Below, piece after piece: positions 58,302 to 64,000 of a stretch of DNA of 64,000 nucleotides. Below the pieces are notes generated by a model that searched no databases, was not told where the DNA came from, and was given only the letters and a program-made list of their open reading frames with translations. Location: contig CATNEN010000003.1 of NCBI GenBank assembly GCA_950097015.1, positions 3,534,001 to 3,598,000 on the forward strand, read 5' to 3'. The DNA comes from Macrostomum hystrix. Taxonomy: Eukaryota; Animalia; Platyhelminthes. Position 1 is the stretch's first letter. The number at the start of each line of letters is the position of its first letter. Both the position numbers and the translations under genes were made by a program.

Positions 58302-61300
58302 TCAGATTCTACCGCCACGACCTCTCCCGAAGGGCAGCAAGGCAGCGGCGTCTGGTTCCGACAAAGACATCGGCGACCTAGGCGATGTTTCAACAATTTT
58401 AGTAGAATCAGCAATAAAACTAGCATCGCCGCCACCGCCACTGATAGTACCGCGACAACGACCACGGCCTATAAGTGTCGACGTCAAAGTCATGGTCTGT
58501 TGCTGCTGCTGCTGCTGCTGCATAGAAGGCATTGAGAATTCTAATTCAGACGAGCGTTTCAGACCTCGGCCAAGGCCGGTCTTAGTTTCAGCGACGCCTT
58601 GCTGACAGACGATGATGTCACTGCCGCAGCTGCTGTAGCAACTGCTTGTGCTGGCTCCGCCGTCGCTTCTGCCGCTGCTGCTGCGACTGCCTTTATTATT
58701 GTCTTTCTTGGCATCGTGAACTGGTAGAGAGCCTACATAGTATAGAAGGATAAACATTAACTATAGAACCCAAGTTGCTTGCTAAGCAATCGTTTGACAC
58801 CTATCTGACTGAAGCACCTGTCAAACAAGTGAAACACGTGTATAACAGGTAAGGCCCCTGTATAACAGGAAAAATCTGTATCTAACAGGTAGCTAGAACC
58901 TCTATCTAACAGGTGGAACATCTGTCTAACAGGTAGCTAGAGCATCTATCTAACAGGTAAAGCATCTATCTAACAGGTAAAGCATCTATCTAACAGGTAA
59001 AGCATCTATCTAACAGGTAAAGCATCTATCTAACAGGTAAAGCATCTATCTAACAGGTAAAGCATCTATCTAACAGGTAAAGCATCTATCTAACAGGTAA
59101 AGCATCTATCTGACAGGAAAAACGAATGGGAATGAGATCTAGTTATGACCAAATCACTCACTGGCAGATTTAGCAGCGGCTCGCATCTCATCTAGAGCAG
59201 TGGGACTGGGAATAGAGCAGAAACTTTCGGTAGGCAACCCGCTTTCAAATGCACTAGCTATAGCCGGGCCGCCAATAGCATTGTTAGCACTGAAAGCGGC
59301 GCTTTCTCGAGACACAAGCAGCACAGTGGTGGTTGCACCATCCTGTGGCATTGAATTGCGCTGCGGCTTTGCTGCAACAATAGTCGGCTGTTCATTTACT
59401 GTATGAGCGGTGGCGGCGGCGGCGGCGGTGGTTTTCGGCACAGTTGACGAAGTGAAAAGTTCCAGCCGCCTATCCAACACAGCTACAGCTGATTGAGCGT
59501 GACGCAATGTCCCATTGTTACTACTTCTGCTAGCTTGGCTATCAGCAGTAGTATCATTAGTACCAGCGGCAGTGCTAGTTGCAGACAGGAATTTAGAGTT
59601 TGGCGCAAACAGATTGCAATAGGCGTGCTGCACTGTCCTACCGTCTTCCAGATTCTGTTGGCCAATCAGCATCCGATGCTGACTAGAATTATAGATTGGG
59701 CCCAGCAATGCGTCTAGCATTCTATTATATAGAGGCAGCATTAGTTCGGATTTGTTATAAGCTGAACTAGCTAGGATTGGGTGCAGAGGTCGACGATGCC
59801 AAATCTTTGCATCTTCGGCTAGCATATCTTCGCGCGTCTGCGGCTCCAGGTAGGGTTGGTCGAGGCCAAGGTAGGTGCGCATGAGTTTATTTAGGCTTCG
59901 TGACACGTGAAAACATCTGCCGCCGCTGTAGAGCTGTTCAACACTGGCTGACAGAATCTGAGATGTCAAAACAGGCTTAAAATATGCGACTCAATCACAG
60001 TATTAGAAATAATTATAAGGTAGGAAAATATTTTTTAGTTTCAACAGGTAGAAAGATAAGATACTGGCAGACAGGTGAGATACTGGCAGGCAGGTGAGAT
60101 ACTGGCAGGCAGATGAGATACTGGCAGACAGATGAGATACTGGCAGACAGGTGAGATACTGGCAGACAGGTGAGATACTGGCAGACAGATGAAATACTGG
60201 CAGACAGATGAGATACTGGCAGACAGGTGAGATACTGGCAGACAGGTGAGATACTGGCAGGCAGATGAGATACTGGCAGGCAGATGAGATACTGGCAGAC
60301 AGGTGAGATACTGGCAGACAGGTGAGATACTGGCAGACAGATGAGATACTGGCAGACAGATGAGATACTGGCAGGCAGATGAGATACTGGCAGACAGATG
60401 AGATACTGGCAGACAGGTGAGATACTGGCAGACAGGTGAGATACTGGCAGACAGATGAGGTACTGGCAGACAGGTGAGATACTGGCAGGCAGGTGAGATA
60501 CTGGCAGACAGATGAGATACTGGCAGACAGGTGAGATACTGGCAGACAGGTGAGATACTGGCAGGCAGATGAGATACTGGCAGACAGGTGAGATACTGGC
60601 AGACAGGTGAGATACTGGCAGACAGGTGAGATACTGGCAGACAGGTGAGATACTGGCAGACAGGTGAGATACTGGCAGACAGGTGAGATACTGGCAGACA
60701 GATGAGGTACTGGCAGACAGGTGAGATACTGGCAGGCAGGTGAGATACTGGCAGACAGATGAGATACTGGCAGACAGGTGAGATACTGGCAGACAGGTGA
60801 GATACTGGCAGGCAGATGAGATACTGGCAGACAGGTGAGATACTGGCAGACAGGTGAGATACTGGCAGACAGGTGAGATACTGGCAGACAGGTGAGATAC
60901 TGGCAGACAGGTGAGATACTGGCAGACAGGTGAGATACTGGCAGACAGATGAGATACTGGCATACAGGTGAGATACTGGCAGACAGGTGAGATACTGGCA
61001 GACAGATGAGATACTGGCAGACAGGTAAACGGAGAGTCAAATAAAAATTAACTAACAGCCTAATAGGACAGGAAAAGACACACGACTTGGACAATAAAAT
61101 TACCTGCAGATCAACAAAATTAATGCCATCCAGATAATTGCCGCAAGTATTAGTACACCGAGTTGACGCTGACAGTACGTGCTGTTTCAGTAATCTACAA
61201 TCGTAACTAACAATAACCAGTCGTTGCTGACTGGCCGCATTGCGAAATCTGCCAGACAGTAGCCTAGACAAAGCAGGCAGAGCGGCTGCTAAACACGAGT

Positions 61301-64000
61301 CCAAATCAAATAGAAATACTACACTACTGTTGTTAGTACTATTGAAAATAGCGACGCTGATCAGACTGGGCCGATCGTTTGTGGCCAATTGTCGCAGGTC
61401 GCCTCCGTGACAGAGAACGGCTAGCAACTCGGCGGAGGAGAGGCGGGCAACGGCTCGTTCAACTCCGCTTGGCGTGGTGACCATCACGCAGGAGGCGGCG
61501 ACGATGGCTTCCGGAGGCAAATCATCGGCTGAGGAAATTGAGACGAGAAAATATAGGAATCTTTTAAGTTTTTTTAGACAACCAATAAATCAAATCGAAT
61601 TTTCAAGGGATTGCAAAGATATTTTTAATTTGCATTTTTTTGGAATCGAACCAGATTCCCGCTGGGACTCAACTCCGACATTTTGCACTGTTGGTTCGAT
61701 TTCGGACCGAAATTCACACGACATGTAATTTCGACCCGATTTTGAACCGTTTTAGAACCGAATTTCATCTGCACTGTGTCGGATCAAAATCGGCTGACTG
61801 TCGGGAAAGTTTTGGACCGATGTTTACACGACTCTCACCCGAATTTCATTCCTCGTTTGATGCTTAAACAGTTTTTACCTTGCTTTGGCCACCAGTTGCT
61901 GCGCATGCAATCAACAGGAATGCAGTTACATGTATATTCTCCGATGGTTCTTAGTATTTATTGTAAACAAGTGCCATTATATTTACACTAACAAAAAACT
62001 GTGAGCAGTGCAAAAAATCTGAAAGGTGTCCTGATCGCGACATGATCTTGTCTACAGTGTACTGTCTTTTAACTTTTTTGCCGTTGCGTACGCAGACCGT
62101 ATTAGGCAATTTTCTGTTTTCTATTTCCACACGAGTTTCGTACTACTCTTCAGATTCCCTCCTAGTTAAAGCGCCAACTAGAGTCTCTATTTGATAAGCA
62201 TATACTAGTATTTGGTAGAAGAGACTGTTGCTGTTTTTTTCCAATAAAAAACTGCTATAGAATATATAAGCCCAATTTTTGCAGCGTACTCGATCGATAT
62301 GCCTCAGTCCAATAGAAAGCGACAGAAGGAGTGGAGGCAGCGCAAGTGTGAGAAAATACCAGGAGGCTTTGCCTCCCCTCGCCAGCGCCAGTCGCGCCGA
62401 TTCGCCGCCGCCTGCCGAGCAGCTACGCAGCGCCCGAGGCAACGAGGCTTCGCCTCCCCTCGCCAGCGCCAGTCGCGCCGATTCGCCGCCGCCTGCCGAG
62501 CAGCTACGCAGCGCCCGAGGCAACGAGGCTTCGCCTCCCCTCGCCAGCGCCAGTCGCGCCGATTCGCCGCTGACTCGGCAAGTTGCAGCGATCGAAAGCT
62601 TAATTGAGAAAAGCAAGCTGCGCCGAAAGTCGACTTGTTTGCTGCTGCGATTGCTTCAGAGACTTTTGCTACGGGGCAACAATGTTCCCGGCACAATGAA
62701 GCAGCTCGACAAGGCACTAGGAATTTCGCCCGTAAAGGGGCGCTTTCAACCTAAAATGCGACTTGTCACTCCGTTTGCTGCTCCTGCAGCGTGAGTCATA
62801 TCGAAGCAGCGCTAGCTGATGCGCGCTGTGAGCAATGTCAGGCGCGCCTGGTGAATTTTTGGGTGCTTGATGTTCTCGTTTTAATTCCAATTTGCACAAT
62901 TTGCGCCACTCATTTGCGCAAATTATCGTACGTATGCCGACCATCATCGTAGCATTAATTTTGAGCCTTTAGTGTCGGGCGAAAGTCGTGTAGCAGTTGG
63001 TCCGACATGTACAGATGAATATCGATGAAATGAAAGTCGGGTCTTCAGTGTCGGGCGAAAATCGTGTAGCAGTTGGTCCGACATGTACAGATGAATATCT
63101 ATGAAAATCGGACGGATATACATCGTCATATTTCTACACAGGTGAAAGTCGGAGTTATTTTGGGTGAAAGTCGGAATTGTCGTTACGGATTTTTATAAAT
63201 CAATGAGTCGTCGATTTTCTCGGGCCGATTTTTCACTTTTGGTCCGACAAAACCGATGAAAATCGTAGGAAGATGAATGTCGATCCGTTTTTCATCTTTT
63301 GTTTGCGACTTTCGTCTGCCCAAAATCAACCCGACGGCACCGACGCCCCAACAAGATGAAAATCGGGAATAAATCGGCCCGATTTTGCCTATCTTTTTGA
63401 TTTTTTGGGAACGCATTCAGGATTATATTTTTGAGTAATCGTACCGATTCTTTAGAATCTTACAGATTTTCTGGAATCGTCTGAACTCTATGGGAAACGT
63501 CTGAAAATTCATTTAGGAATCGTCTGAACTATTTGGGAATCGTCTGAACTTTTTAGGATTCGTCTGAACTTTTTAGGAATCGTCTGAACTTTTTAGGAAT
63601 CGTCTGAACTTTTTAGGAATCGTCTGAACTTTTTAGGAATCGTCTGAACTTTTTAGGATTCGTCTGAACTTTTTAGGAATCGTCTGAACTTTTTAGGATT
63701 CGTCTGAACTCTTTAGGAATCATCTGAACTCTTTAGGAATCGTCTGAACTCTTTAGGAATCATCTGAACTCTTTAGGAATCGTCTGAACTCTTTAGGAAT
63801 CGTCTAAACTCTTTAAAAACCGTCGGAATTTTTTCATGATTGCAACCAATGAACTATAAACAGCTTAAACGCACTCACCATTGACAAAGCCAGGCGGTAG
63901 GCAGTAATTATTGGGATCAACTTGGCTTAATTCGTAAAGCATTCCGTGTGGATTATCTTTAGCATCCAAGGGTAAACCGACTTGAATTTTCGGCAACGGG
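58302..64000 (-). CDS. EXD1: Exonuclease 3'-5' domain-containing protein 1 (EXD1-like), 5'-partial
   Basis: Exons >64000-63879, 61528-61104, 59957-59162 and 58732-58302, phase-compatible. DnaQ-like motifs VFLFD, YDCR and FVDLQ, then SL..L...YL and IWHRRPL..LMLPLY..MLD as in EXD1/egalitarian-type domains. Low-complexity C-terminus. Confidence 0.78.
58840..59118. repeat. 20-bp minisatellite (TAACAGGTAAAGCATCTATC), EXD1 last intron
   Basis: About 9 perfect copies plus diverged ones. Confidence 0.95.
60045..61028. repeat. 19-bp minisatellite (CAGGTGAGATACTGGCAGA), EXD1 intron
   Basis: About 51 copies. Confidence 0.97.
61658..63410 (+). mobile_element. Probable deleted DNA transposon (CMC/EnSpm-like) in EXD1 intron
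   Basis: Both ends are dense in CCGA/TCGG subterminal motifs. The central GC-rich ORF remnant 62279-62794 has an 81-bp x2.5 repeat and an LLLRLLQRLL..VPGTMKQL helix. TIR and TSD not resolved. Confidence 0.4.
63440..63815. repeat. 20-bp minisatellite (CGTCTGAACTTTTTAGGAAT)
   Basis: About 17 copies. Confidence 0.95.

Overview
Eukaryotic (metazoan) genomic DNA with GC-rich exons, AT-rich introns and roughly 40% of the window in about 25 mostly distinct minisatellite arrays. This architecture resembles the flatworm Macrostomum, which is an inference and not verified. Seven spliced genes can be reconstructed by hand: an SLC22-family transporter (+), WDHD1/AND-1/Ctf4 (+), an orphan two-exon gene (+), a divergent ZIP/SLC39 transporter (-), DRC5/TCTE1 (-), ASCC1 (-) and a 5'-partial EXD1 (-). 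Mobile DNA includes an intact, very young Mag-type Ty3/Gypsy element (identical LTRs, 5-bp TSD) inserted in a tRNA-derived SINE, a solo LTR, and a non-autonomous hAT element carrying a minisatellite. There is also a truncated RTE-like LINE, two tRNA-SINE families and a probable CMC/EnSpm remnant. The long ORFs over the arrays are repeat artefacts. The most interesting items are the ZIP with substituted metal ligands, the locally born minisatellites in many introns (some built from splice-site motifs with strand bias), the SINE with a conserved hairpin, and the nested Gypsy/SINE/orphan-ORF structure. No clear-cut novel multi-gene system is demonstrable from the sequence alone.
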